From: Monocercomonoides exilis PA203
Lineage: Eukaryota > Protista > Preaxostyla
Length of the DNA: 64,000 nt
Assembly (NCBI GenBank): GCA_001643675.2
Contig: LSRY02000005.1
Span: forward strand, 1,116,001 to 1,180,000
Reading direction: 5' to 3'
The number at the start of each line of letters is the position of its first letter. Positions within the stretch are counted from its first letter, which is position 1. This document shows positions 36,577 through 51,440 of this stretch, piece after piece. The translations under genes were made by a program, and so were the position numbers. The notes under the pieces were generated by a model. It did no database searches and was not told the DNA's origin. It saw only the letters and a list, made by a program, of their open reading frames with translations.

Positions 36577-39500
36577 TCATTCCATTATCAATGAATCTCC
36601 AAGTGATTTCACTGTGTTTGAAAGAGAATCAGGTCTTCGTTGCTTCGTCTTCTGATCATTATGTGCACGCTCTCCAAATGATGAGCGTGCCAATGATGCA
36701 GAACGAGAACTGGATCGAGAATGAGAAGGAGAATGTGAATGTGAACGTGAAAGAGAACGAGAACGAGAACGAGAACGAGATTGATGGGGATTTGTAGAGG
36801 GTGAAGTGCATGGCGAAGTGGAATAGAAGCGAGCAGGGTGTTTCGAAAGTGAATTGTGTTCCAAAGAGTCTTTTCTGTGAAAGCGCTTGTTAGGCGTGCG
36901 ATCGCCTTCTTCATTCTGTTGGAATGAGTGCGATAGTCTGTTCTTCGGAAGCACTTTCACAGGAGATGGCCTTTTTGATGAGCATGTGATTCCTCCTTTC
37001 ATATACTTCGGCTGTCCAATAGAGCGCAAAAACGCACTCCTCTCTCTGTCTACAAACATCAATTTGCCCATTCCTTCTATTCGGTCGAGCTCAAGCAGCG
37101 CTTTTTCGAGCTCTTTGCTTTTCTCTCTCATCTTCCTTCTTTCGGCTGCTTCCATTTTTTGCATTTCTTTCAGCTCTTCTCGCTCCATTTCGCTTCTTTC
37201 TTTCTTCTTTCTCTCCATTTCCTCTTTCAGCAACTCAATCCCAGTTTCTATCTCTGTGATGTCGTTTTCCCACAGCCTCTTCTTCAATGCTTGTTCTCTT
37301 TGTGAAACTTCACGCTTCATGTTGCGTTCCCACACAGCACTTTCTCTTTTCTCCTCACGCGCTTTTGTTGCCAATGCTTCCATCAGCGCATTTGGTCCGC
37401 GCCGCTGGTGGATTGCTTCAAGACGAGAGCGAAGAGAATCCAGCTCCCATCGATAGAAATTCTAGCATGAATAATTGGAGAGGTTAAATTTAACAAAGAA
37501 GGAATGAGATTTATTTGTAAAAATTTATAAAATAATTTGTATTGAAAAGACAGAAACTTCGCATACGTTCATAGTTCTCTTCATTGTCTGATTTCGTCCA
37601 TATGAAAATTCTTCCACTTTCTGCTTTTTTCTTTTCTGCGCGTTGATCGCTCGTTGTTCGTCATCTGCATCGTGCGACATCCTCCTCAAGCGCTCAGCTG
37701 TCGTAGTGAAATGCAGCTGTTGCTTTGAAGGTGGATATTGCTTTGAGTATGACGAACGATCTTTCAAAGACATAGATTTCGTATTGGCCAACGGGTGAGG
37801 CATGCTGTTTGATGAGAGATATGTTTGTGAAGGAGCCATCATTGAAGAAGAGAGTGGCAATTGTGCTGGCATCTCCCAGCTGTCTTCGTCTCTCTTCTTC
37901 CGAGCATCAGCACTTCGCTTCCATTCATCTCTTGTTCTGTTAAGTCGACTGTCCTTCATATCCTCTTCTCTGAGCACATCTGATGAAACATGAGTTTGTT
38001 TCCATTCATCAACAGATTCGTTAAGCTTGTTCTTTCGTCGAGCGCTTTTGCTCCGTCGTTTGCGCGGAGGGCGATCTTCTTCCTTCGAAATGGACTTTCG
38101 AGGATGCGCTTTCTTTCCTTTAACTTTCGAACGTTCTTCTTCTTTTTCCGTACAGCGAAGAAACTTATTTTTCTCTCCTTCTTCCAATTCACTCGATGAT
38201 CTTTTCCGATTGCTGCAACTTTTTTGTGTGTCTGTTTCATCTTCCATTCGCTCATTGTACTTCATCTCGGCTGGCCTGTCATCGCAGCTATGGATATCAG
38301 AATGATATGAATAAAGATCTGGTTCAGCTTGATAATCATAATCTTCTCTACGACTAATTTCAAACGGGCTTTCGGATCTTCTCTTTGTCTCTTCATCTGG
38401 CAGAAGTATCGGCTCATAGCTGGAAAGGCTGCTTTGTTTTCTGTGATGAATTGTAGAATGTTCATTTCGATGTTTTGGTACTCTTCGAACGTTGTGTGAA
38501 TGGTATTCACTGTTTGTTGAATGGCTTCTGCTTCCTTTCAAAGAATTATTTTTATTCTGTGGGCAGCTTCGACTTCGCTTCCTGCAAGATTTTCCCTTAT
38601 ATTTAGGTCGTTCTTCTCTCACTCTGTCATCATCAGAAATCTGTTCTCGTTGCCTGTTGTCACGTTTCTTCTTTATTGTATTCTTTTTTGGAATATCTTC
38701 TTTGTTCTTTTGTTCTTCTTCAGTTTCTGCAACGTCAAGCACAACAATATGCGTGTGATGGATAACAGGCGACGAAACTACAGAATATCGAATTGGCTGG
38801 TGCTGATACTCACTCTCTGTTGGTGCAATGCGAATTGATTTCATTTCGCTTCTTTCTGTTTCTGATAACTCAAATTGTTTTTGAGCTTCCTCTCTTCCAT
38901 CTGATACTCCTTCCTTTGAATTCAATTCAGTATTGAAATGATCATCTGTTATCTGACGGCGTTCTTGCTGTAAATCACATTGTTCTGTTGTATCGTTTGG
39001 TTCTTCATCTTTCTGCAATTCTTTGTTGCTTGAAGGTGTCAAAAGTTTTGCGCTTTCATCTTTTTTCAACGAAGGTGAAGGCATAAATCCTTCTTCATCT
39101 GTAATTTCCTCCTCTTCAGATCTTTTCTCGTTTGTATCACTGATCTCTTTTTTCATTCCTGTTGATGGTCCAAGTGTTTCGGCATCAAAGTCTTCTGGCT
39201 GTATCGTTTCAGCATCTGTGTCAAAATCTTCGTCGCTCGTTTCTGCATTGAATGCTCTCTCGTAATCCTCTTCAAAGGGATCTTCTTTCTCGCTTTTCGA
39301 TTTCGTAGATCTGCTCCTTTTTTGTTCTTCGGCTCGATTCGATTTATGCCGACTTTGTGCTTCATTTTGTGCTTTAGAGTCTTTTGGATCATGCTCTTTG
39401 ACTGCGATTTGCAACTCCTCCAAAAGTGAACGCCGTAGCAGCTCAACTGTTGCCTTCATAAACTTCAATACTTTCTCTTTCTTATTCTTCGTTTTCCGCT

Positions 39501-41791
39501 GTTCTCTGTTTTTTTCAGCTGCTTGCAATTTTTCAATCGATTTTTGTTGGAATGCTGCTTGTGCAACGGACATAGTTGGGGTGACAGCCGATGACTGCCG
39601 TGAATCAGACAAAGTTGTCGTTAGTGATGACCTTAACGAAGAGTCAAGAAACGAAAGTGCCATTGAATTAAAGTCATCCTCACTTTCATCCTCTTTTCTG
39701 CTGTAGCCGTCTCTGGTGCTGCTCTTCTTCTGCTTCACTTTCGTTTTGACAATCTCGTTATCAAAGTACTTCAGAAGTGAGTCGACAGATGTCATAGCCC
39801 TCTTTTTCGGGATGCTCCCTTCTTTCGCTTGCTGCTCGTTACTGTTTCCTTGTTGGATGAGCTGTTGCTCTTGCCCGCTCGAGTGGTGTGGAAAGATTGA
39901 TGTGTTTGGAACGGAATATGGATGGGTGAAAAGTTGATGTTGCGCAGAGTCAATTTCTTTCCTGTTTTCTTCGCCAGCATAGCCAAGATAATCGATAACA
40001 GTACCACTTTGTAATTGCTGAGGTGATTGATAGTGAGGTGAATAAATGCAGCTGGCATTGTATTGACTATCAGCAGGGTAAACTGACTGTGCAAGGGGAA
40101 GAGCTTCGGGAGATGATGAAGAAAATAGAGTAGGTGAAGTGGAAGCTTGCGTTGGGATTGAAACAGCTTCAGAAGGCACAATGTTGTGTTGTGAAAATGG
40201 TTCACTTGATCTTAACGAATTGTGCGATTGATATGTAACAGGAAGAATAAAATTTGGTATCGTATGAGAAGGCTCAGGTAGTGAAGAAGTTGTCAATGAA
40301 GCATAATAGCTCGATGGTGGAGATCCTTTAATTTCAGCGCTATTGACGGAAGTTGCAGGCGAAGTTGATGCCAACAAGCACGGTGTGTCTGACTGACTTG
40401 ACGAAGTCGATGATATAGATGAATGCATCGTGCTTATTCCAGCTTCTCTTCTTGCCAATCTAAGCATCATCCTCATTCCTTCGTCTGAACTTCCACCAAT
40501 GTTATTTCGCAATATATTATCTGGCATGTCCATTCTTTGCTCAAAAGTGCTATGCTTTTTTGGTTGATAACCTGATGAAGGACTAGGGAGACTTGTTGAA
40601 GGAGCAGATTTCGTTCGAAAGAGCCTTGTATCATCTGAAATCTGAAATTGCCCTTCATTTTCATCTGCCTGCTCGGTTGAATCAAATGTCTGTTTTTGTA
40701 TTTGCGAAGCTGGAGGATAGTTCTGTTGGAATTCTTTTCCATCAAACTCCACAGCCGGAAATGAAACTCCATTTGAAGTGGCTTCTTTGTTGAGCGAAGA
40801 AGATCCATTTGCTAAATATGAAGGAGAATGAATAAAAGATACATCAAATTGCTGGTGATCATGTAAACTTGATGGTGATGCATTCAACTGAGGAATTGTT
40901 TTGTATTTTGGTGATTCATTTACTGTGTAATTATCGGAGTAATTACTTGGAGCATCAATTAATGCAAAGGTTGGGTATGATTGATTATCAATCTGTGATT
41001 GTCCACCTGTAGATTTTTGTTGCGGTTCATCAAAAGCTTGGTGAAATGATTGCGTTTGTGGTAACTGTTTGTAAGGAATCGAAGATTCCGATGATTGATG
41101 TGCAAACAAATTTGAGGATGGAAGCTGAAGCTTGGGAATTTGATGTTTTTCGACAATAGATTGCTGATGTTGTTGCTGTTGTTGCAGTTCTTCTGTTTGA
41201 TTGATGTTTTTATTTGATCTTGTTTTGTTATTTTTCTTCAATGACTTTAATGGGGAAAGCTCTTTAAAAATTGCATCCAAGCATCGTAAATCACCTTGTT
41301 CTCCTTTTGCTAAGGAATGAGCTTTTATATGATCAAGAGGAATTGAAGGAAACGAAGAAGAAAGATTATGAAGAAGAAGTTCATAGCATCGAACAATATT
41401 TTCATCAGTTCCACGTTTTGCAAGAAGTGTAGACGATTGACGCAATTCGTCAGGAATGGAACTTACAATTGTTTCAAAGGATTTCAAAAAATGAAAATAA
41501 TAACTTATTGAATTTTGCCTTTGAGTCATTGTAAACAATCAAAATTGATATTTCTCTTCACAATTCAGCAATTAAAAAATGGATATAATGCACTTATAAA
41601 AAACGAAATTCGATGAAGTTGTCACTGCCTTTAAAATCACTTATCAAAAAACTGAAATTTGATCACTCAATAATTTATTACATGATTTGATCAAATGATA
41701 AACTGATGAGATGAATTCAAAATATTTGAGGTGCGTTTATCACAATTCTCTTATTGAGTTTAATTTTTGAGAGTGATTTTTTTATTTCCAT
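36577..41791 (-). CDS. CEP95-like centrosomal protein (N-terminal CH-like domain, long disordered middle, C-terminal coiled coil); intron 37557-37462; 5' exons uncertain
   Basis: N-terminal FETIVSSIP...LDHIKAHSLAKGEQGDLRCLDAIF resembles the CEP95 L.HI.G..I..GD...I..L..IF segment. The spliced coiled-coil exon begins NFYRWELDSLRSRL. Confidence 0.5.
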
Positions 41792-42267
41792 TTTTTTCTC
41801 GTTTTTTTTTAAAAAAAAAAAAAATAATTGTGTAAATTTTTGAATTTGAAAATTTGCAATAAATAATTGCTTTATTTGTTAAAAAATTATTTTTCATCTC
41901 ACTCTGATTCGAATGAAATAAAATTTCATATAATAGAAAAGGAAATTAAGCTTACATAACTTTAATAAAATGATTCAGTGATATTAATGAATCGAAATAT
42001 TTAAGTGCAAAGCTTCAATAAATGCATAATAATTTAATCCAAAAATTTGTTCTCTTTGTATATGTCGAAGCAAATAAAGAAGATTCATTGCTCAAAAAAT
42101 GTGAAATCCTGTAAAACTTTGTTGATTCATAGCAAAGATCCCCTGAGAATATGATTTGAAACTAACTGCAAGCTTAAATCATTTGTTTCAAATGCGATAA
42201 ATATATATCAAGCTTCTTCTACACTGATGTTGTGATTTATACAGGTAAAATAGGTTTGGAGGTATTA

Positions 42268-43821
42268 TTATCTGTTGAATGCTCTTCGGTTTTATCTCGA
42301 TTCATTTCTGTGTTTCCCGCAAGAAATACAGCCACAAAAACCTGAAACAGAATTACTCTTTTTTAAAAAAAACAAACAAATAAACGTTGATGCAAACTAT
42401 TATCAATCCCAAAAATTGCCTTTTTGTAACAGAATGTCCAAAGAATACAACAGATATAACGACAGATAAGCACTAAGCCGAATATTTGCACAAGGAAATA
42501 TGTTCAAAATAAAAAATAAAAATTATAAACAAATAAATAGCAAACTTTTCTTAATGAAGTGACAACATTCTTCCACCAAATCCCATAATTCGTTTTTAAA
42601 GAAACAATTAAAAACTGCCCAAGTGTGTGAGATAATGTAGAAAACACAATTGTGAAAAATATATCCCAATGCTGAGTCATAACATTTATTGTTGAGATGA
42701 TTGTTCCTGAAAATATCATTGCTATTACAGTTGTAAAAAAAAAAATATGAAAATACAAATTTTGAATCCATTTGAATATAATTTTTAAATTTTTGTATTG
42801 ATTAGATTGCAAAAACGTGTAAAATATCATACCAATAAGATAAAGCAACGAAGAAAATGTCATTCCCCAAAACAATATGAAAGGAAAAGATCTTTGCTTT
42901 GTGCTGTGAAAAATATGTTTTTGAAGAAAAAGGTTGATAAGGATAAAAAAATTATCACACTCGGATTGTATCATCGTCGATTGCAGAGAATCAAATATGC
43001 AACTAATATTTATCGATCCAAGCATCATGGCCTGAAGATTTGCAAAATGTCAATCTTAATTCATTTAAATAACAATTTCACACAGCTCCTTTCCAAGTAA
43101 AACCTTTGCGAAGACCAATCTGTGACCTGTTTTCTGCTTCTGACTGAGTCGGTAATAAAACGGAGAGAAGCCCACTCAGCAATAAGAGAGACAATAAAAC
43201 TTCTTTTAATGAATATCCAAAACAACAGTTTTTTCTGTTGTGCTTTTGAGAGTTTATCAAAAAAGATGCAGGCATTGCTAAATCGAAGAAAGAAAGAAAT
43301 CATGCGCATAGAAAATAATATCATTGAATGAAATATGACAGCAAACCAATAAGTATTTTTGAGGATGAAAAAACCAACGTTAGAGGATATGAAAGATAGT
43401 TAACTGCGTCATATCCAAGAAATCCCGAGATACAAAACAGAGTACTGCATATCAGCGTCAAAAAGCATTCTTTTAAATTAATATCAAATAATTTTTCCTT
43501 TTTTTGGATCTGAATAGCTTTTGTTTTTCGAAATGTATTTTATTGAAAAGCTTGGTCATACTTACTGCAAAAACAAAAGCAGACATGGTGCATTCAAAAA
43601 ATGTGATAAACATTACTACTCCACTTTTGTATTCTTTTCCAAGCGTAGTTGAGCTTCATTATGAAAAGAAAATCAATTTGAAATAAAAATTAAAATTGAT
43701 CCAAATCAAACACTTTTTCTGACCAAAAAAAAGTCAACAATGAAACAACTAAAACTAGAATTGAATGCATTACAAAAGAAAAAGTGGAATGCTTTTTTAA
43801 TTCAAAAATATTATTTTTCAT
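42268..43821 (-). CDS. Nucleotide-sugar transporter, UAA/SLC35B family; multi-exon, ends approximate
   Basis: Exon fragments FITFFEC, AVNYLSYPLTLVFSSSK, YSLKEVLLSLLLLSG, IFDSLQ, LGQFLI...VTSLRK and SVVISVVFFGHSVTKRQFLG. Confidence 0.7.
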
Positions 43822-44139
43822 TAGAAAAAAACTATTCTATGGTTATATTAAATTTTAATCGAATTTTTCAAAAAATACTCATAACTTGAAATGATGAAGT
43901 CAAATCATGATAATAATTTGATTAAAATAAAAATTCAAAAAAAAGATGCGTGATGATGCTCATAGATATAAAAAGCAGAAAAAAAACCTCAAAAAAGTTA
44001 TTAAACAGACAAATATTCTACTTGAAAATAATCTCTAAAACTAAATTCATGTTTAAAACAAAGGGGTAAAAAAAAAAATTTTTTTTAAAAAATGAGAAAG
44101 ACAAAAATTAAAAAATATATATATACTCAAAAGACTAAA

Positions 44140-47100
44140 TCACTTTCTATCCATTTTTGAATATTTCTTTGAAAGCTTGTTAAAGTTTCTTATTCGGCAG
44201 CATGTAGTTATAATAACCAAAACAATAATCGCTAAAAATATAGCAAAAACAACGATGAAGGCCGTAAGGGTCTGTCTTGACTTCAGCTCTGCTTCAGTCA
44301 GCTGGCTCTTTTTGTTTCCCGGGTTGTCAGGATCATCCTCAGGCTTTGCTGGGTCGATGGGGTCAAAAGGCTCGGGGCCAGTGTAGTTCGAGAAGATGGG
44401 CACGGTGTCTACAAGTTTCTCTCCGTCTGAGTAGTGCAGGCAGAACGATATCTTGTCTCCTGCTCCCATCGACTTGATCACACTTGCAGGCATCTGCCCA
44501 TGGGCCTTGATCGACGACTCGATTTTCGTGAAGGGGTATTCATACTCATCCACATCTCCGTCTTCACTCAGTTTTCTGCGGAAAGACAAAGAAGAAGCAG
44601 ACAAGTGTGCAGCATCTGAAAGCGATGCCTTTGAGGCTGAAGCTTTCCTCGTGATCATTGCCTTCCATGTGAGGTTGCACGGCATGAACAGCAGACCCAC
44701 AAAAACGAAATCATAGTTATCTCCATTCTGTGTCGAGTTGAATGCAAGGAGAATTGGCTCAAAACGAAAGCTGAACGACGAAGCAAATGCTGTGGAGTAC
44801 GTTCTGACTCCGTCATTAGCCTCTGATGCTACCTTTGTCAGTGTGCAGTCTGTGTTCTCCAGCCAGAAGTTGCTGCCTCCTGTCGCAGACCCATCCCCAC
44901 CTGCTGGAGGATACAGTGTCAGCACTGCTTCGTCTCTGCAGCGCACGTTTTTGCGGAACCAAAGCCAGTTCGGATCTTTTGGATCGTTGTTCAAGAAATT
45001 CATCTCGCGCAGTGTGATTGAACCTCCAGACACAAACAGAGCACCTGTACTGCAATTAACAAAGATGGTGTAATTCATCGAAGTGGAACAGTCTTTCAGC
45101 TTCATAAATCCTGTCTCCCACGAGCAGGCATATGTCTCATCGCTGTCTCCTTCGCCTTCTTCGTTTGTCTTCTTTGAAGCTCTAATGCGTATTTTTAACA
45201 TTTATTGAATAAAAATTTTAAAAAGAATAAAAATACAATAATCAAATAAAATAATAAAAATAAAATACTTTTCATTGGATTGATTCTTGTTTTTAGCAAG
45301 AATTCCGCTAAATGTGCAATCTGTCATGACGACCTCATAATTCGCAACTGAAACTGGGCAGAATTCGACATCTGAGTCTGCTGTCGAATGCAAAGAGCAA
45401 TTCGAAATGTTGACTTTGTTGAAGAATATGGAACTTGTTGGCTCATTCGAAGGTTTGCTTTGATTGCTGTTGTCTTCCCAATTCATTTCTCCGAATGAAG
45501 ACTTTTTGCTGAAGGACTTTGGCAGCGCTCGAAACGCACTTGACGCTGAAGAAGCCATTCCATCAACAATTCCGCCTTCTTTCGTGATGTTTATGTTTGT
45601 GAAATTGCAAAATGAAAGCGTCAGATTAGCTTGGCTCGAGAGTTTTATGAACGATGTTTTCTCCAACCACAAATCCTTCACGGTGCAGTCTGTAAGTTCA
45701 AGTGAGCCAGAAGCCATGTTGATCACATTGAAGTTCAGTGATGTGTTTGTGGCATACTCAAAGCCACGAGAAAAGATACACCCAACAAAACTCAGCAATC
45801 CGCTGCTTCCCTTGAATATCTCACTCTGAGAAGATCTCAGCGGAACTGAAGAAACAAAATGGATCAGACCAAAAAAGACATTTCCTGTGCATTGAAACAC
45901 AGCGTCCGTGTTGGCCAAATCTAACCCATTTCTTGCGGAGCTTGATTTCACAGTTGCATTTAAATCAATGGACCTTAAATCGTTTGAAGAAGATCGAATA
46001 TCAATCTCATTGAAAATGAAGGACGTGTTGATTGAAAAAGAATCACATAAATAAATGACTCTTTGTTGTTTTGCCGTATTTGAATTGGTAGAAAACAGAT
46101 TCTCATCTGCGTTTGCATTATGCGAAGTTGAGCTGACAGCACGCAAATGTGTAAGTGCGAATTTCAATGTTTTGCAGGGTGCATTGAAGGTTCCACAGAG
46201 CAGACTATCTTTCCCACTTGAGCTTGATGCAAAAACCACATTGTCCTCAAACATAAGCATGTTTAAAAGATCCGTGTCAGAAGTAAAAGCCTTTGCATCT
46301 TTCCCAAAGATCGCATTTGTAATGTTGAATGCTTCAGAATTCATAAAGTCCTTCATGTCGAAGTGCAAAAAATCTACCGCTTTCGATAGATCGTATGCAG
46401 ATAAGAACATATCTCTTCCAATTGTTGCATTGTTCCCGGCGAGTGTGCAGGAAGTGAAAAGAAAATACACAGGACTTGACGGAAAGTCGAAGAACAGCCC
46501 GCCTCCTTTCCCGCTTCCAGAACTTTTCGAAGTGGACGCAGCGCACTTTTCTAATCGAGTGTTATTCAAAACAAAAGAGCTTTCCTTCGCAGCTGCAAAA
46601 TACAACGCTCCACCAGCTGCCCTGCTGGTTGCATTTATAGATTCAAAAATTGCATTTGAAAATGTTATTTGTGCTTGGCAATCGCTTGAAGTCTCGACAA
46701 TTCCTGTATTGTTCGTTGTACTTTCAATGTTTGTGAAGTTTGTTGAAAATACACCAAGTATAAAAGGTGAAGACTTCTAAGAGAGAAAAAAAGCACCACA
46801 AAATTAGAAAGTCAAAATTGAAGATATTTATGAATTTAATACAAATAATATAAAAAAAAATTATAATCAAATTTCAATAGTTATTATGAATCAAAAGCAA
46901 AAGCAAAAATAATAAAATTAAGTATTGCGAAAATTATTTTTTAATTTGCATACAGTTGAATCCAGTTTGAAAATAGATGACTGAGATAATCCCAAAGACA
47001 AAATCCTTGTTTGTGTCATGTTGATAATTCCGAATGATAGAACAAACAAAGAATGGGTTGAAGGAGTGCTTTTCAAACTCGTTTCTGAGCCTTGAATGGT

Positions 47101-48894
47101 CACTTTATCAAATATTGCTTTGTTGCTGCTAATGTCCGCAGAAGCAGATGATGGTGATGACATCTCCATTATGTACACACCTGAGGAAGCAGAACTGTTG
47201 TCTAAATGCAAAGTCAGAAGACTCAGCAAAACACTTCCTTTGTTCAAATGGAAAAGAGGAGAGGAATAGCCCAATGACTCAGTTGATATCACGCTTTGTG
47301 ACTGAGAATACCCATCAATTCTAACAGCTTTATTTGTAAGATCGACCGTTCCTTTCTCTTTAAGCATCCCACTGTTAATATGAATTTCTGGTTCCATAAG
47401 CGGATGAGACACTTCAATCACATGAGAAATGCTAGCGCACGGAGTCTGACCCATTCCGCAATTGTTTGCTGTATCAGAACCATTTGAAGCAACAATGAAT
47501 ATATAGCTTGGTACTGAACTTGAAAAATCATTCTTTCGTGCCTTCACTCTTGGTGTGTTGCTTGTTGAATAACTGGAGTTGAAGAGTCCAGAAACATTCT
47601 CCAGTGCATAGTCAATATAAACGTCAGTCCCATCTCCTTCATTTTCCCGGAAAAAACAGAATCTAAACCCGTGATCATAATTAACTTTTTGCGAAATTGA
47701 ATTTATAAAAATTCCTCCACCTTGTTTAGATGATTTGCACCTATAAAAAAAGCATTCCTTAACTGTGTCTGTTTCTCTATAAAAGTCACAAATATACATT
47801 CCCCCACCATAATAATTAGTGCAACGACATTCCACAAATGTCAAGTTTTGGCATTCTCCAATTTTTGAATAAGTAAAATATTCCAATCCACCACCATTAC
47901 TGTGACTAGAGCAGGATTGAAATTTAGAATCTTTTATGATAGTTTTATTTGCGTAATAAATGTGAACAGCTCCTCCATTGCTAGAGTATCCAGTGCAGTG
48001 GCATGACGAATAACTGTTGTTTGTTAAAATCACCTGTTTCTCACCTGCATTCCAAATTGAAATTGCACCCCCATCATCCGAAGATGTGCAATTAATAAAA
48101 GAACAACCTTGTGCAGTTAGCGTTACACTTCCATTCACAAATAAAGCACCTCCTCGATTTTTTGAAATGCAATCAATGAATGAATCATAAGTGAACGTCG
48201 AATCAGTTTTAATGTCTTGATGAGTGTTCCAATTTGCATTCAAATGAGTGAAAGAACTATTAAAAACGTTGAATGTGTTTGTCGTAGGAAATCCACCAAA
48301 TATTGTTCCATCAAATACATCGCTTGATCTCTCACAATGAATATTCATAACATTCAAATCATTAAAATAAAAAGGATCACGAAATTCTTCATTTGACGAA
48401 ATGTTTTTAAATTGGCATCCACAAATATTCGTTTGTAGTCCTTTTCCAGAACTTATTAATGAGTTTTGGTGCAGAATTATATCAAAAATATTGCTTTCAC
48501 ACACCTTGATCTCGCAAGCAGAATTTTCCCCTTTAACTAATGCTTTGCAAAATACACTATTTGATTGTTTTCTCGAAATTGATATATTGTTCATGATGAT
48601 CGCAGAAGAAGAAGTAATCGGAGAAAAAAGTGGCTTTTGTGAAAGCTGAAAGTTAAAATGGTTTAAGTAAATGTTTGATAATGCATCTACTTGCATCGTA
48701 TAATTAGAATGACGAAATTCTGCAGTCAAATAATTGAGAGTTACTGAAGAATTCTTCAAAAGAAATGTGGTATTTATTTTTTGAACATTGGAAGTCATTT
48801 CATCGGGAATACTCAATACCCTAGCAAAAAGGAAAGTTGCTACAATTAGAATACTACGAACATTTAGCAATAAATAATGTTCCGCACAAGTCAT
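44140..48894 (-). CDS. Large type-I membrane surface protein with right-handed beta-helix (pectin-lyase/Pmp-like GGA[IL], FxxC) repeats; 3 exons (48894-46954, 46776-45269, 45181-44140)
   Basis: Hydrophobic N-terminus, repeated GGAL/GGAI/GGGL/GGGM and F..C motifs, two CG....PC motifs, C-terminal TM (AFIVVFAIFLAIIVLVIIT) with a basic tail. Splice phases match. Confidence 0.8.
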
Positions 48895-50601
48895 GGATTT
48901 TTTTGGCTTTAATGTTGTTGTGATCAAAAATGATCTTGAATAACAATATAACGGGAACAATTTTGGTTTTTTTTTGAAATAAATGATGAAACGAAAGAAA
49001 TTAATTAATTCAATGTATTTGAGTGAACATGAGTAACTAATTGACTTTCGGCCGAAATTTTTGTGATTGGTGAAGTGATAATAAATGCAACCTGTTAAAT
49101 AATAGCATTCACGAAGTTTTTTCTTTTGTAATAAACAACTAATAAAAATTATAATTATTTCGTTTTCTTGGGGTTAAAAAATATCATCTTTAATTTTTAA
49201 AAAAAAAATCTCGATTATTCATAACCATGGAAATATTTTCAAGAACAAAAGATAAAAAAAAAATTTTGACTTGTCGGTTTAGAAAATAACTTCCCCGAAG
49301 CCATTGCAAATCAGCGAATATTTCAAACAAAATAATGAACTTGATTTATAAATAAAACCCAAGGTGATGAGATGAAAAAAAAGTAATAATAGCATTTATC
49401 AGTATACCAAAAAAAAAAAAGAAAAAGAAAAAGAAAAAAATAAAAATTGAATTTTAAAAAAAGAATAATTATCCAATTTCCTCTATCAGTTTTTAAATAA
49501 ATTATCATTAATTGAAAGTAAAGTTTTCGACAAGTGAGATTATTTTTTATATTATTGTCAATTGACTTTCACCACAACTTTGTTCAATTCAGTTTGTTTA
49601 TGCTCTTGTAATTTTTGGAAGAATATGTTTGGAAATTTTAAGGTTATTTCAAAAAAATTTTTTATTAATAAATTTTTTGTGTCGATAAGCTTTTTTCTTG
49701 ATTTTGTGGATTTTTTCAATCTGCTGATTACAGTGACATATTTATCAATTATTTGGAATTATCTGTGATAATTTACTTTCTTTGTTATATGTGTGATTAT
49801 TTAAGGAATCATTTCTTTATTCGGAGGATTGTTTTTTCGAAAGTTTCATTTCTTTGGAGTGGTACTATTGTTTCAACAGAAAAAAAAGCATGATAATTGC
49901 AGAAAATAATGATGTTTTAGATAATATTCATCATAAAAGTATCTTCGAGAAAAGAAAAAACTTTTTTGTGTTAACTTATCAATAATCAAGGTGAATTCTC
50001 AAACCGAAATTATTGAATGAAAAAAGATGGATTCAAAAATAATCACACATGTTCATAAAATCCAAAGTGAAAGATTTAGAACAAAAAAGAAAAAAAGAAA
50101 GACTTTTAATTAATCTTCTTTCACTCAGATATATTTATCCACCTTCAATTTAGATTTTTTCAAAAACTCTATTTTTTGTTGGAAAATATTTGACAATGGT
50201 CATTCTTTTTGAAAAGTCACAAAAGTTTAATTGACAAGTTGAATTCACATACTTGTTATTCGTTTAATACCTTCAATTGAAGTCCACATTAAAGTTATAT
50301 TCCAACCGATGACAATTTTTAAATATCTTTTATTCTATCTTTGTATAACGATATAACGAAAAGAGTTTATTGAAGGAATTAATCAAAAAATCAAATGTCT
50401 TGTTGAATATAGAAATAAAACATTTGCAATTCATCCAAATAAAATAACCTAAATGATAAGCCAACAAATGAAACGAATGAACCAATTAATTCTTTCCCAA
50501 AATTTCAAGGAAAATTATCAATGAATGAAGTTTCTTACCAAAAATTCGTAACAATAAATGAATATAAACTGTTCACGAGCATGAAAAGTTTTGAAAGAAG
50601 T

Positions 50602-51440
50602 GGGTTAATCACAACTTTAAGTAACATTCAGAAACTCGTTTTTTTTCGGATTTTTTGTGATAGAATGATTTAATATCAAATAATAAAACATGCTAGGGGT
50701 GAATTTTCCATATTTAGAATACTTTTTTTTCAATGAAAAAAATCAAATTTTCGAAAATATTATGGTTATGATCAAAAAAATTACAAAAATTTTATTTTGA
50801 AAACTGAACGATTTTTGGAAATTTCATATTTTGGTACAAAATTATTTGTTAGAAAAAATCTTTCGATTCAAATGAAGTGAATTAAAGAAGTTTGAAGTTC
50901 ATATTTGAATGTTTTGTAAAGTTTTTAGTAATAAAATGAAGTGAAAATGAACTTCTCGGGTTTCGTTCTGCTTTAGGGTTTTCCTTCGAATCGAAATATT
51001 AGGTTTTAAGGTTTGCATTTTATTTTTATTCATTTTTTTTATAAATAGGGTTAGGGTTTCAATCAAAAAACACTTTTTCACACATCAAAAACGTGTGTTT
51101 CAACGTTAACGCAAGATGAAAGGTGAAAATAATAAATATAAAAATGAATTGAGAATTTTTGTAATTTTCTTTTTATATAATAAAAAAAGAAAGCTAAGAA
51201 TTATATAAAATTTATTAAAATAATTCTTTAAAAAAGTTGATTTTTAATTTAATTATTAGAAATTAGTTTGATCATAACCATAATATTTTCGTAAATTTGA
51301 TTTTTTTCATTGAAAAAAAAGTATTCTAAATATGGAAAATTCACCCCTAGCATGTTTTATTATTTGATATTAAATCATTCTATCACAAAAAATCCGAAAA
51401 AAAACGAGTTTCTGAATGTTACTAAAAGTTGTGACTTGCC
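50602..51440. mobile_element. Foldback-like element with about 170-bp TIRs
   Basis: 50609-50776 is the near-perfect reverse complement of 51267-51434. GG...CC ends; flanks AAGT / AAGC (3 of 4 TSD match). Confidence 0.85.

Noticed and set aside
49000-50600. Possible decayed coding or TE sequence
   Set aside because: No recognisable motifs or termini could be established by eye.
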